The notes under the pieces were generated by a model that was given only the letters and a program-made list of their open reading frames with translations, was not told the origin of the DNA and did no database searches. Positions 1 through 12,531 of a DNA stretch of 64,000 nt are shown here, piece after piece; within the stretch, counting starts at the first letter, position 1, and every line of letters begins with the position of its first letter. The position numbers and the translations under genes were made by a program. Source of the stretch: Macrostomum lignano (Eukaryota); NCBI GenBank assembly GCA_002269645.1, contig NIVC01000660.1:248001-312000 (forward strand). Reading direction: 5' to 3'.

Positions 1-1580
1 AGTCAGTGAGTTTGAGAAAAGACGGAGTGACCCAATTGAGTTTGAGAAGAGACAGAGTGACCCAATTGAGTTTGAGAAGAGACGAAGTGAGTCAGTGAGT
101 TTGAGAAGAGACGGAGTGACCCAATTGAGTTTGAGAAGAGACAGAGTGACCCAATTGAGTTTGAGAAGAGACAGAGTGAGTCAGTGAGTTTGAGAAGAGA
201 CAGAGTGACTCAGTTGAGTTTGAGAAGAGACAGAGTGAGTCAGTTGAGTTTGAGAAGAGACAGAGTGAGTCAGTTGAGTTTGAGAAGAGACAGAGTGACT
301 CAGTTGAGTTTGAGAAGAGACAGAGTGACCCAATTGAGTTTGAGAAGAGACAGAGTGACTCAGTTGAGTTTGAGAAGAGACAGAGTGACCCAATTGAGTT
401 TGAGAAGAGACAGAGTGACTCAGTTGAGTTTGAGAAGAGACAGAGTGACCCAATTAAGTTTGAGAAGAGACAGAGTGACCCAATTGAGTTTGAGAAGAGA
501 CGGAGTGAGTCAGTGAGTTTGAGAAGAGACAGAGTGACCCAATTGAGTTTGAGAAGAGACAGAGTGACCCAATTGAGTTTGAGAAGAGACAGAGTGACCC
601 AATTGAGTTTGAGAAGAGACAGAGTGACCCAATTGAGTTTGAGAAGAGACAGAGTGACCCAATTGAGTTTGAGAAGAGACAGAGTGACTCAGTTGAGTTT
701 GAGAAGAGACAGAGTGACCCAATTGAGTTTGAGAAGAGACAGAGTGACTCAGCTGAGTTTGAGAAGAGACAGAGTGACCCAATTGAGTTTGAGAAGAGAC
801 AGAGTGACCCAATTGAGTTTGAGAAGAGACAGAGTGACTCAGTTGAGTTTGAGAAGAGACAGAGTGACCCAATTGAGTTTGAGAAGAGACAGAGTGACCC
901 AATTGAGTTTGAGAAGAGACGGAGTGACCCAATTGAGTTTGAGAAGAGACAGAGTGACCCAATTGAGTTTGAGAAGAGACAGAGTGACCCAATTGAGTTT
1001 GAGAAGAGACAGAGTGACCCAATTGAGTTTGAGAAGAGACAGAGTGACCCAATTGAGTTTGAGAAGAGACGGAGTGAGTCAGTGAGTTGGAGAAGAGACA
1101 GAGTGACCCAATTGAGTTTGAGAAGAGACGGAGTGAGTCAGTGAGTTGGAGAAGAGACAGAGTGACCCAATTGAGTTTGAGAAGAGACGGAGTGAGTCAG
1201 TGAGTTGGAGAAGAGACAGAGTGACCCAATTGAGTTTGATAAGAGACAGAGTGACCCAATTGAGTTTGAGAAGAGACGGAGTGACCCAATTGAGTTTGAG
1301 AAGAGACAGAGTGACCCAATTGAGTTTGAGAAGAGACAGAGTGACCCAATTGAGTTTGAGAAGAGACAGAGTGACCCAATTGAGTTTGAGAAGAGACAGA
1401 GTGACCCAATTGAGTTTGAGAAGAGACGGAGTGACCCAATTGAGTTTGAGAAGAGACAGAGTGACCCAATTGAGTTTGAGAAGAGACAGAGTGACCCAAT
1501 TGAGTTTGAGAAGAGACAGAGTGACCCAATTGAGTTTGAGAAGAGAGAGTGAGTCAGTCAGTGAGTTGAGAAGAGACAAA
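1..1580. repeat. 30-bp minisatellite (AGTGACCCAATTGAGTTTGAGAAGAGACAG), ~53 copies, intronic
   Basis: Direct tandem periodicity; ORFs 181-1586 are translations of the repeat. Confidence 0.97.
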
Positions 1581-1618
1581 TACTAGTAAAACAAATGGGA
1601 AGTCACGAATAAAAGCAG

Positions 1619-2016
1619 TGACTAAGAATATAAAATATGGATATGAAGCTATGCGTTTGAGACTGCAGTTTCAGCATATACAGCCGCTATATCTCATACC
1701 GCCACTCCCCAAAACCGCTCAAAAGGCCACGGGCTGGTTACGCCTGGTGCACCAGTGCCTGGACACGGCGGCCCAACTGGCCCAGGATGTGCAACAACGA
1801 AACAAGACAATTTGGCTTGTTGAATCCACTGACAGAGACTGGAACTGTCTGTTGGCCAGCTTGATTCGCCTAATGCTGTGTCCGGAATCGCGCAGTCTGG
1901 CTGGTTTTCAACAGCTCGTCCAGCTTGAATGGGTCAGTAGGCATCCATTCAGGACTAGGCTGCTTAATCTCGGACAGATGGACGAGGTGGACGATTCGGC
2001 CACTGCGATTGATCAG
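1619..2016 (+). CDS. Myotubularin-related pseudophosphatase (MTMR10/11/12-like), internal exon
   Basis: WLRLVHQCL...LVESTDRDWNCLLASLIRLMLCPESRSLAGFQQLVQLEWVSRHPF matches the myotubularin fold without CX5R; donor CAG|GTGAGC at 2016/2017 (phase 0). The 5' boundary could be 1619 or 1669. Confidence 0.85.
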
Positions 2017-2165
2017 GTGAGCGAATCGAACTTGTCACTCTCTATCTGGCTCGTCCTCTATTGCCCATTCATATGTTCTGCTCATGCTCACTTCATTTCC
2101 TTTCATGCACTCCTGACGGCCTTCATCTCTCCCATCTGAGTCATTCTAAGCTCGTGTCTGATCCC

Positions 2166-2424
2166 TATTAAGAAAGCCTTATTAAATTATAATGAATCGG
2201 CGTTTATTGAGTTTTGAGAAAGATAGCAAAAGAAAGGGTTAACATGGAATTTAGCACTGGCGTAGCTCAAACAAAACTTAGTGGTACAGGTAAGGGAGTC
2301 GAAAACCATAGATATAATTAAGAAGTCTGTTATAGAAAATTCTAGAAGGAAACCTTGGATTCACTTACTATAAACATAAAGTTGACTATTTTAAGATAAA
2401 CGATTACTTATAACATCTTTAACA
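2166..2424 (-). repeat. Copia 3' LTR (259 bp; TG...TA on minus strand)
   Basis: Near-identical to 12532-12808; adjoins PPT AAGTGGGAG (2425-2433, minus). Confidence 0.95.
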
Positions 2425-2523
2425 CTCCCACTTAATGTTTAGCTTAAAAACTAGTGCATACTGGTACAAACAGTTCATATTGTGTCTTGAATATCAAAGT
2501 TAGATAAAGAGTTAGCAGTTATA

Positions 2524-3501
2524 TTAACGAACAGGAATCAGTTCCTTGAGCACTTGAAACTTGGCATTAGACAGTGCTTTAGTAAGAATGTCAGCGATCA
2601 TCTCCTCTGACGGACAGTAAATTAGCTTTAAAGTTCCGCCGACCAACTTCTCACGCACGAAATGGTGACGAATATCAATGTGCTTAGAACGACTGTGGAA
2701 GACAGGATTCCTAGCTAGAGCAATACAGCCTTGATTGTCTTCTAGGATAGTAACGTATTTGAGACTTTCTACGCGAAGATCTAGTAGTAACTGTTGTAAC
2801 CATGTGGCTTCTTGGGTAGCAGCTGAGAGTGCCATGTACTCGGCCTCCGTCGTCGATAAGGCTACAGTTTGTTGCTTCTTGCTACTCCAGCTAATCGGAC
2901 ATTCATCCAACTTGAAGATGTATCCGGTTGTAGAACGTCGGTCATTGTGATCTCCAGCCCAGTCTGCATCGGAATATCCAATTAGATCGATTGCACGCGA
3001 GTTCTTCTGAAAAACCAATCCTGATGAAATGGTTTCCTTTAGGTATCTCAGGACACGCTTCACGCCACTCCAATGCTGTTCAGTTGGGTCTGAGCAATAT
3101 CGCGCGAGAACTCCCACTGCAGATGACACATCTGGTCGTGTAGCTAGTGCTGCGTAGTTTAGACTTCCTACTGCCGCCTGATACATAGTCTTGTCCACCT
3201 TAGCATCACAGGTCTGTGTAGTGTAGAACTTGACACTTGTGTCCATTGGTGTTGATACCGGTTTGCAGTCCATCATGTTGAATTTAGAAAGGATGGTATT
3301 TAGATACCGCTCTTGGTTTAGAAACAATGAACCATTCTTCCAGGTAGCTTGAATTCCAAGAAAATAGTGAAATTCGCCTAGATACTTCATCTTAAATTTA
3401 GATTGCAGTTCTTGCTTCAGCACGGGCATGTAGTCGTCAGATGCTGTTAATAGAATGTCGTCCACATACACACCGATCGCAGATTGAGAGCATAGATACA
3501 C
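2524..3501 (-). CDS. Copia pol: RT C-terminal part and RNase H
   Basis: VYVDDILL, GYSDADWAG, STTEAEY, EDNQG, KHIDIRHHFVRE motifs; frameshifted relative to 3447-4571. Confidence 0.93.
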   Translation of the reverse strand: MYLCSQSAIGVYVDDILLTASDDYMPVLKQELQSKFKMKYLGEFHYFLGIQATWKNGSLFLNQERYLNTILSKFNMMDCKPVSTPMDTSVKFYTTQTCDAKVDKTMYQAAVGSLNYAALATRPDVSSAVGVLARYCSDPTEQHWSGVKRVLRYLKETISSGLVFQKNSRAIDLIGYSDADWAGDHNDRRSTTGYIFKLDECPISWSSKKQQTVALSTTEAEYMALSAATQEATWLQQLLLDLRVESLKYVTILEDNQGCIALARNPVFHSRSKHIDIRHHFVREKLVGGTLKLIYCPSEEMIADILTKALSNAKFQVLKELIPVR

Positions 3502-4571
3502 GGTTCTGACTTTGCTTGCACTAGGTTAAGACTTAAAAGTTCATCATGTAGAGTTTGATTCCAACACCTAGGAGCCTGCTTGAGTCCGTATAGACTTCTT
3601 TCTAGTTTGCATACTAGTGTTTCCTTGCCTTGAACCACAAATCCTTCCGGTTGTTCCATGTAAATTTCTTCGTCTAGTTTGCCGTTTAAAAATGCTGTTA
3701 CGACATCCATCTGGTGAATTTTCCAATCTCGTTGAACTCCAACAGCCAGTAGAGTTCTAATCGATGTAAATCGAGCTACTGGTGCATACGTCTCCTCATA
3801 ATCTACTCCATACTCTTGAGAGTATCCTTTGACTACCAATCTTGCTTTGAATCTGTCTACTGAGTTGTCTGCCTTATACTTGACACGAAATACCCACTTA
3901 CAGCCAATAGTTTGACGTCCTTTTGGTAGCTCAACCAGTTTCCATGTCCTGTTCTCCATCAGTGACTCGTACTCTGCGTTCGCAGCCTCTTGCCAGTCTT
4001 TAGAGAATGAGCTGTCCAATGCTTGCTGTAGAGTTTTCGGTTCATCAATTTGTGTTGCAACGGATGCCACGTACCTGTCAACGGGCTTCTTCTCTCGAGT
4101 TGATCTCCGAACTTCTTGCTTGTCGACAGTTTCAGGAACACATTTGAAATCAGACGATGCTGGTTCGGTACCTGCATTCAGTTGAAGTGTCTCCTGCTTC
4201 TCCACTAATTGCTTCACGAAGCACGACTCTTGGAACGTTACATCGCGACTGACGAAAACTGATCGTGTTTGGAAATCAAAACAACGATATCCTTTTGAGG
4301 TTTCCGAGTATCCAATAAATCTGACTTCCCGAGCTTTTGAGTCAAACTTGTGAGGTTTCTCAGCTGGGACATGCGCGTAGGCAACGCATCCAAATACTCG
4401 CAAATGCTGAACACTCGGCTTGCTGCCGGTCCAAATTTGATATGGTGTCGCTTTGTTGACTGCACTCGTTATTGATCGATTACGCAGATATGCTGCCGTA
4501 GAGATTGCTTCTGCCCAGAATTCCTTGCCAATATGAGCATGTGCAATCATTGTTCGTGCTGCCTCCACCAA
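3447..4571 (-). CDS. Copia pol: integrase C-terminal part and RT N-terminal part
   Basis: LVEAARTM...FWAEA...LRVFGC; RFKARLVVKGYSQEYGVDYEETYAPV; QMDVVTAFLNG; SLYGLKQAPRCW. Confidence 0.95.
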   Translation of the reverse strand: MVEAARTMIAHAHIGKEFWAEAISTAAYLRNRSITSAVNKATPYQIWTGSKPSVQHLRVFGCVAYAHVPAEKPHKFDSKAREVRFIGYSETSKGYRCFDFQTRSVFVSRDVTFQESCFVKQLVEKQETLQLNAGTEPASSDFKCVPETVDKQEVRRSTREKKPVDRYVASVATQIDEPKTLQQALDSSFSKDWQEAANAEYESLMENRTWKLVELPKGRQTIGCKWVFRVKYKADNSVDRFKARLVVKGYSQEYGVDYEETYAPVARFTSIRTLLAVGVQRDWKIHQMDVVTAFLNGKLDEEIYMEQPEGFVVQGKETLVCKLERSLYGLKQAPRCWNQTLHDELLSLNLVQAKSEPCIYALNLRSVCMWTTFY

Positions 4572-5009
4572 CCCGGTGAAAAATGCGACTTGGAATCCAC
4601 ATCGAATTTCAACGTGGAAATCATGTCGAATTTGCCCCGCGCATGTAGGTCGATTCTACGTGGAAATCATGTGACATTTAGACATGAATGCAACATGTAT
4701 TCAATATGGTCTGCCAATATAGCATAAATTCTGCTTGACTTATCGAGCTCTTGTATGTACTGCTTGTATGCTTGTATTTAACTGACCATGACAGAAGCAT
4801 ATTGGCCTTAATTTTAAAACCCCATGCTGTTGTGCTGTACTCTAAATGCAAAAGAAAATAAAAGAAAAAATAGGTGGAAATCAAAGCGGTAAAATTTTGT
4901 GGAATAAATTAAAATATTTAAACTAATGATTAAGTGAGACACCATGTCATGAAATTATCATGTTTAAGCTTTATTAAGTGAAGCATTGTGGGCATTGTGG
5001 CATAAATTT

Positions 5010-5370
5010 AGAGTATAAGCATTACGAGACATCATGTCCTAAATTTAGAGTATAAGCATTACATGAGAGCCTAATTGCAGCCCATTACAGCCTAATTAAA
5101 CATAAATTAGAGTACAAGCATTACATGAGACATCATGCATAAATTAGAGTATAAGCATTACATGAGACATCATGCATAAATTAGAGTATAAGCATTACAT
5201 GAGACATCATGCATAAATTAGAGTATAAGCATTACATGAGACATCATGCTTAAATTAAAGTAAAAGCATTACATGAGACATCATGTCCTAAATTGAGAGT
5301 ATAAGCATTACGAGACATCATGTCCTAAATTTAGAGTATGAGCATTACATGAGACATCATGTCATAAAGC
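5010..5370. repeat. ~37-43-bp subterminal tandem repeats inside the EnSpm element (AAATTAGAGTATAAGCATTACATGAGACATCATG)
   Basis: About 8 imperfect copies visible. Confidence 0.85.
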
Positions 5371-5809
5371 AGAAGCTGGGTGTCTCAAAAGTACTTAAAA
5401 TTTTACAAGCTGGCGAAGTTTCCCGACTCTTGTCTAATTGTCCTGTAACTGATTTTCTCATTAAAATATAGAAATATGTGCTTTCCTACAATTCCAAGAT
5501 CCATGGAGTAGTTTGCTATCAGCATGTAAAAAATAAGTACTTATGGAAAACCCCTCGACCTAATGTTTATAATTATTCTTCCTAATCACTAATCTCCTCG
5601 AGCTCAACTGAACGGCCCGGCCGCTTCCGCGATGCATTCGACTTCAAAGATGCGGTGTTGGCTCGTCTCGAGGCATCCCTTAAATAATTCTCGATAGCTT
5701 TTGCAACGATGTGCTCATCAAATCAATCGCGTTGGGCCACAGCACCTAATTGTGAAAAAACGAAATTAAAATGGTGCTTTTAGGATGCTAGTGAAAACAA
5801 ATTTGTATT

Positions 5810-7243
5810 AAATATAGGCACCTTTCTTCTCTATTAAGTAGGACAAAAAGATTAGACTAGAAATAATAGAAATAAGACAGCCTCGCCTCTTTATGGAGAA
5901 AATAGGCTTCAAAAACTTACCATGGACAAGATGTTCGAGGCAATCACTGAACGGCAGGATCAACCCATCTTTCGAGCGACCTGGGGTTGAGTAATTTTTT
6001 CCCTGTGCGATTGCATATTTTTTGCAGCTGCGGGTCCACCAATCGCGCAATACATCGTTTAGTATGATCCTGCAGCGTTTCGCCGCCAACTTTGCGCAGG
6101 ATACCGATCTATGAAAAGAAATAAAACCCATTATTTATGAATACAGATAAAATTAAAATAGGACAGATGTAACACATGTTAGACTTTAAACTTACTGTAG
6201 CGTCCTTAAACAGGCTTTCCGACAACCTCTCCTTAAAGATAGTATAATCATGCAGCGACTTTAAAGGCAGAATGCTTCTTATTTCCCTGTGCGTAGCACT
6301 CTCCGTAAAATTAGCGGATGAATTTAGAGAAGCCGAAGACAGACGGGCCAGCTGCTGCTCCAGATGTGCTGTTTTTTCGATAAGTTTATGCTGATTCCGT
6401 AGAACAGACACCGTCACATGCACCAAGCCTAATTGAAATAAAAAACAACTGTATTCTTTAAACAAAAAAGTACAATAAAATCTTTACAAAACCAGCAAAA
6501 GAAGCTAAGACAAAAATTCATTACCTTCGATTGAGTACAACGACTTGCCCTCCTGCTGGAAAGACCGAGTGAGACGGCCAATCAGGTCGCCTGGATTGGA
6601 TTCAAATCGGCCCATTTCGTCTCGGTTTGGCTGGAAACTTGTCGCTGCGACAGAATTTCTTTGATGTTAATCAATTCCTATCCGGCTGGGAGTCTGACTG
6701 GAATTTTGATTTTCACAGTTCTTGCGAGTCGTAGATGGTGCTGCCAGAAGTGAAGATGGGGGGCACTGTTTGAGCTGACGCAATTGGCGTGAGTAGACAC
6801 AGGCTCCGGTGTTCTGTGAATGTTGCCGAATGTGGCTGGGTCAGCATGCAGTTTTCTGACTTCGAGCTCGGAAGGATCACAGTCGCTGTCCGTTGTAACA
6901 ATGCCAGCCGGCATCTGGCAGACAGTCTAAAAATATATATAGGAATAAATAAATCAAAATGTTGACATACTGTAAGAAACTAGTAAAATCTTAATTATAC
7001 CTTTAGGTTGGCCAGATGGACTCGAGTGCCAACATGAAAGCGAGGTATGCCTTCCATAATGGTCTCAAGTTTGTTATTGTATGGACTATTCTTTAATGTC
7101 ACACAACGTTCAAGCAAACTCTTTAAATCGTCTTCATTCTTCGAAAATGTCACAATTACAAACTTTTCTGTCACTCCATTGAACTGAATATAAACTTTAG
7201 TTTTCTTGTTGGAAACAGCATTCGAAATGAATGCCTGATACAA
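5810..7243 (-). CDS. Spliced accessory gene of the EnSpm element (coiled coil plus DUF4806-like domain)
   Basis: Exon pieces VLRNQHKLIE, ILPLKSLHDYTIFKERL|gtaagt, and IGILRKVGGETLQDHTKRCIARLVDPQLQKICNRTGKK resembling DUF4806; GT-AG introns; boundaries approximate. Confidence 0.6.
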
Positions 7244-7383
7244 CGAATGCGTAAATTATTTGTAGACAGCACTTGTAAAGAATGTCTTGTCAGAGAGGAA
7301 GTATATAAGCCAATACTTGCAGTCACTGAATGGTAGCATCTGAAGTCAGAAAAGCGTCCAGATTTAACTAATACATGGAATTA

Positions 7384-9421
7384 TCAAAAACTGTCCCTTT
7401 CAGATGGAATACCAATGCACTTTGAAGCTGGTTTAACACTAGACATGCGCTTTCTAGAAACTGAATAATAGCCAATTCCTAGTGTCTTGGACTCCCAAAA
7501 TTTATTGTTACTGTCCTTGAATGAATATAGGCTATGGTTAAATACAAGAATGCAACCAGATAAGCAATTATTTGCATCTACTTCAGTAATTTGGACAATT
7601 ATACCACAGTGTGTCTGGACAAAATTGTTAGGAGAATTGATGCTATATTTTGGATTGGGTTGTTCTGTGCTAAAATATAATTCCCTAATTTTTGTTAATT
7701 GGCTGACTGACTGTTGAAATATGCCATTGTTAGCACGTATTCTTTTCTTCAATAAAGATAGGTAGTTTTCATATTTAAATGCTGATATTTCTTCAGCAAC
7801 AGACCAAGATTCCATAAAGTCAGCAATGTGCAATAAGCCATGAAAGTTAAATGTACAAAGACATGGGTGAAACATTGGACTGCATATTTTGCTGACAAAA
7901 GAGTAAATAAATTGCTTTGCCACATGCTTTAGATTATTTAGCCTAGGGCAGCTATAGATATACATAGCCATATGTAGCAAAAGAAAGTGTTCATAAAATT
8001 CAGTACTAAGAATTGAATTGAACAAGAAAGGTCCATAGTATAGTAACCAAGCCCGATACTCAGTGGCTTTGTAATGAGCCAAATCTTGAATTCTACGAGG
8101 CTTTCTCTGAAACTCAGCAGGTACAAAACATTTTAGATTGTTAATATCTTCATTGCACTTAGTGATTAAACTAATTGGAACATGACATTTAACTCGGATG
8201 CCTTTTACTCGTGAGAAATACAGCTTCATCATTCTTTTCATAACACCAAGATATACAGTATGCATTACATCTGGAACAAAAGAAGAATAAAATGGAACAA
8301 CACCCAATAATGGTGACCTTGCAAGCATATTGTTTTCTTTAAATGCTGCATATTCTGCATCAGTTCGCTTATCAAAAGAAAGATCAGGAAAAGTCATGCG
8401 ACTTTCAAGGCTTTGACCTTTTTGTCTACACCACATGCAACCAAAATAGCCTGTGTGACCAATAACAGACATCACATAGCTTCGTGCTGGAGTATCTAAC
8501 AAAAACAGCAGACTTAAGTTTAACTATTCTTCCACTAATATTTAATCCATAGCTACTAAGTTCTTTGAGCTCACTAACAAATTTTCTAGTAAATTCTTGC
8601 AAATTAGGCTTTCCAAGTCCACAATAAATAGCAATTGGTATTGGATAAATAACACCTGGAATGCTCATTAAAATTGTCCAGAGACCAACAAAAGATGAGC
8701 GAAAAAGAGGAAGTCCATCAATATTAAAATGAAGTTGTAAATTGTCAAAATCAATAATAGGTCTCAACTTTTTAGATTGGATTGCATCAATGACAAATTT
8801 TAAGTTGCTTGCAATAGATAAATAAGCATATCCACTATTGGCTGACAGTTTCACTGAATCAACTTTACCAAACTGGAAATTCTTTGTCAAAGGTTTTTTA
8901 AGATGGTATATTGAAGTAGGACATCCTTCAATGTTATGCTTAGTCAAAAGCTTAAGAAGATGTAGCATAGCCTTTTCAGGGATATTGAAGATCAGGTAGA
9001 ATTGCAAAAGATCAATGGCCAGATTGGCTTTTTCCTTAGTTGTTAAATCATTGTGACTTGATATAGCTTTATCACTAACTAGATCATCAAATTCAACAGT
9101 AGAAGCTTGTTCTTGTTTTTCCTTTTGAATATCATCTTTGATAATGATATCAATCACATCTTGAAAATCTTGGTAAATTGTACAGTTGTTAGAATGAATA
9201 ATTCCTTTATATATACTTGACTGCTTATCACTTTCTAACAAAATTGAAGCTGATACTTCACTAGGCCTAGTCAAGGTCAAAGTTTCATTAATAGCAATAG
9301 GCTCAATAGTAGGCCTAGAATTAGGATTAAATGAAGAAGCTTGTTGATCTCCAGAAAAAAACCCAGTTAGATCTTGGATCAATTGTTCTTGGACTTTACG
9401 ATTTTGATTTCGCTTTTCCAT
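7384..9421 (-). CDS. EnSpm/CMC-type DDE transposase, split by a frameshift near 8500
   Basis: FNIDGLPLFRSS..LWTIL; DTPARSY..GHTGYFGCMWC; PDVMHTVYLGV; YKATEYR.WLLY; FNFHGLLH; SAFKYENYL. Confidence 0.9.
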
Positions 9422-10536
9422 TTCTAATGAAATCTAAGACAATGATAAAAGAAATAAAATTAATACAAAACAGATTAATTATAAATTTTTAATTACTAAA
9501 CACACTTAAACATTAATTTTACAATAAAATACAAAAAAGTCTAACTTTATGTGAATGTTTTTTGGCTTAGGCTAGGACCACTTAATTATTTTTTGTAAAG
9601 ATTGGAGAAGATGAACAATTTTTAAACCAAGAGGCAAGAGATAACATTAGACTTTCTTAGACTTGCAGTAGATTCCTTGACCTTATAACTCTTAAGTAAG
9701 TAGGGCCTAAGTATAATTAATTAGAGTTGAAAAACAAACATTATTTATAGAGCATATTATAAGCAGACCTACATTATTAATGTAAAAGTAAGAACAAAGT
9801 CTTATCAATATGATAAAATTCAGTAACAGTAATTAATTAGAGGCCCGGTCCTAATCCATTAGGGCCTAGGCCGAATCTTTAATTTTTACATTCAAAAAGT
9901 AACTAGGATTAAGCAAGCATAATTGACTAGGCCTAGGGCCTACAAAATATATAAATTAGACAAATTACGCTTTTCGTATTGGCCTAGAATTCACAGGCAA
10001 AACAAGAGTAAATTTATTTATTAGTATTTGTTGTTTGGTAAGTCAAGCAATTAGCCAGCAGATAGACGCAATGCAACCTTGAAGGAACCTGTCACACTAC
10101 AGTAGAGAGAGTCTTTTAAAAGCGAACGCATAGATTGCTCAAATGTGTTTTGATTAGTTATAACAATTGCTACACTAGCATTTATACTGTAACTGTAAAA
10201 GGCTTTTTCAATGTATATTTAGAGTGTTTATTTATTATAATTCTTTTTTGCTTCACAAAATAAATAAAAATTAATTGGGTGTTCTATCAATCATTTTAAG
10301 TACCATAAATTCAAAGTGAAATCAGTCTTCCTTTTCGATGTAAAGTTCGCGCACTGCATTCAGCATGGTTTCAATATGTTGAAATAGCACAAAAAATTAA
10401 TTAAAATCCGAAAAATCTATGTTTCAATCTTATTCAGATGGAATTATGCAAATAAATGTTATTTTTTGTTTTCAACATCATATCCGTCTGCGACGTCGAA
10501 TCTACTTGGATACGATGTCGCATTTTTCACCGGGAA

Positions 10537-11511
10537 GGTTCGGTTCATTCTCTCGGCTACTCCGTTCTGTTCAGGAGAGTGTGGGACTGTAGTCTGGTGA
10601 ATGATTCCGTTTCGGGCACAGAATGCCTCAAATTCTCCTGATGTATACTCTCCACCATTGTCAGTCCGAAGAATCTTGATAGACTTGTCTGTTTGATTCG
10701 TGACGAGAGCCTGAAAGATCTTGAATTTTTCTAAGACTTCTGACTTACTTTTAATGAAGTAAACTGAGCAATAGCGCGAATAGTCGTCAATAAATGTGAC
10801 AAAATACTTTGATCCTCCAATTGAAGTAGTTTTCATGGGACCGCACACGTCACTGTGAATTAGGCCCGATAGTTCAGTTGACCTTGACGCTTCACCCTTT
10901 GCAAATGGCGTTCGATGTAGCTTTCCTTCCACACATGCTGTGCAGAAACTGATGCCTTCAGTTTTTACGTCATCCTTGCTAAGCTCAATTCCGTCCACTT
11001 GCTTTCCATTAATTAGAGATTTCAGATCTTGCTCACCTAGGTGTCCATAGCGCAGATGCCATAGGTCGATGCTGTTGTTTCTCGCGACAGATGCAGTCTC
11101 GTTAGTTAGGTTAAAGCCTTTCAATTTGTACAGTCTGCCAACTTTTAAAGCTTCTCCAACAATCTTACCAGTTGCGCTCAAAATCTGACACTTGTCGTCG
11201 CTGAATTGTACACGGAAGCCTTTTCTTGTAACTGCTGATACTGAGAACAAATTCTGTTCCATAAGTGGTACATATAGAACGTCGCTCAGCTCGCACAATT
11301 TCTTACCAGAACCAGTATTGATATACAACCGAACGGTTCCCTTTCCAGTGGCTTCGAGCTTATGTCCATCTGCTAGCGAAATGTTCTCCAGTACCGAAAA
11401 ATCTTCAAATTTCTCAAAACTTGTCCGATCATTAGTCATGTGATTCGTTGCGCCTGAGTCCACAATCCATGTACTAGACTCGTTAACTGTCGATGATGTG
11501 CCCATAGACAA
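10537..11511 (-). CDS. Copia pol: protease, GAG-pre-integrase and integrase core (truncated by the insertion)
   Basis: WIVDSGATNHM; LWHLRYGH; CTAC; HSDVCGP; FIDDYSRY; RTDNGGEY; PEQNGVAERMNRT. Confidence 0.95.
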
Positions 11512-11555
11512 CGCCGGAAATGCAGAATCTTCCTCATCTGAAGCTGAAAAGTCCT

Positions 11556-12377
11556 TTAAGTTTTTGCTGGGGCGTCTGCAATCCTCGCCTGATGCCTTCT
11601 GTTGGATTTCTTCAAATCCTGTGGTCTTGAATTTGTGTTCGATCCACCTGTCACTGAGAGGCTATTCTTGAATTTGTAACAGTGCTTCTTTAGGTGACCA
11701 GGCTTATTGCAGAAAAAACATACTTTTGGTCTGACACTCTGGTGCTGTTGCCTCTTGAATCCAACCAGAGCCTTTGAATTGCTGCTAGGTTCACAGCTTT
11801 CCTGTTCAAGTCGTTTTGACTCCTCGTGCAAAAGCCGCTCGAGTACGAAATTCATCGTCAAGTCGTCCGCTCGCGATTCCAGGGCAGTAATCAACCCGTC
11901 ATATGACTTCGGCAAACTGTTTAGCAGAATCGTGACTTGATAGTCCTCGGGAACACCTGCCCCAATAGCCGACAGTCGTTTGACGATATCCTTGAACTGA
12001 TTAACATGCTCCTGCATGGATGCATCTTCCACCATCTTGAGCGCTTGTAGTTTCCGATTAAGAAACAATTTATTTGCTAGCGAACTCCGCTCGAAATATG
12101 CTTGAAGCTTATCCCACGCTTCCTTCGGAGTTTCTGCATCCTCAATTAGATGAATTTGACTATCCGCAACAGCCAATACGATAGTCGCTAGGGCTTTGTT
12201 CGCACGCCGCTTGAACTGAACTTTGACCTCGTTGGTCGCGTCCTCAGCAAGTGTCTCTGTACCATCAACAACTTCCCAAAGTTCTCGCTCCATCAGGACG
12301 TTCTTCATCTTGAACTTCCAGACAGTGTAGTTGGAACTATCCAACTTCTCAACCAGTAGTTTGGCATCGAAAGACAT
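11556..12377 (-). CDS. Copia gag (UBN2-type with CCHC zinc knuckle)
   Basis: MSFDAKLLVEKLDSSNYTVWK...; CFFCNKPGHLKKHC; one base out of frame with pol at 11561-11565. Confidence 0.92.
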   Translation of the reverse strand: MSFDAKLLVEKLDSSNYTVWKFKMKNVLMERELWEVVDGTETLAEDATNEVKVQFKRRANKALATIVLAVADSQIHLIEDAETPKEAWDKLQAYFERSSLANKLFLNRKLQALKMVEDASMQEHVNQFKDIVKRLSAIGAGVPEDYQVTILLNSLPKSYDGLITALESRADDLTMNFVLERLLHEESKRLEQESCEPSSNSKALVGFKRQQHQSVRPKVCFFCNKPGHLKKHCYKFKNSLSVTGGSNTNSRPQDLKKSNRRHQARIADAPAKT

Positions 12378-12502
12378 CGTGTCGATCCACCAGCACAACT
12401 GGACTGCTGAGCTTGAACTTTCTAAGAGACGGTAGAGCCTGACAATCACGCCGACTGACGCACTGCCACTGAAGCAGCTTTATTGTTCACACTGCAGTAG
12501 AT

Positions 12503-12531
12503 CGCAGTGGAAGCGTGCTGGGCCCATAACC
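12503..12531 (-). promoter_or_regulatory. Primer-binding site complementary to the 5' half of initiator tRNA-Met
   Basis: Minus strand GGTTATGGGCCCAGCACGCTTCCACTGCG directly after the 5' LTR. Confidence 0.92.

Larger units (their letters stand above)
4572..10534 (-). mobile_element. EnSpm/CMC-superfamily DNA transposon (5963 bp) nested in the copia integrase
   Basis: 18-bp perfect TIR CCCGGTGAAAAATGCGAC at both ends; 2-bp TSD AA; removing element plus one TSD restores copia ...AERMNRT-LVEAARTM. Confidence 0.93.

Noticed and set aside
11545-11570. Programmed -1 frameshift between copia gag and pol
   Set aside because: No in-frame X XXY YYZ heptamer; copia normally has one ORF; one extra A restores it.
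12493-12531. tRNA-Met gene
   Set aside because: Only the 5' half is matched and it abuts the LTR, so it is a PBS.
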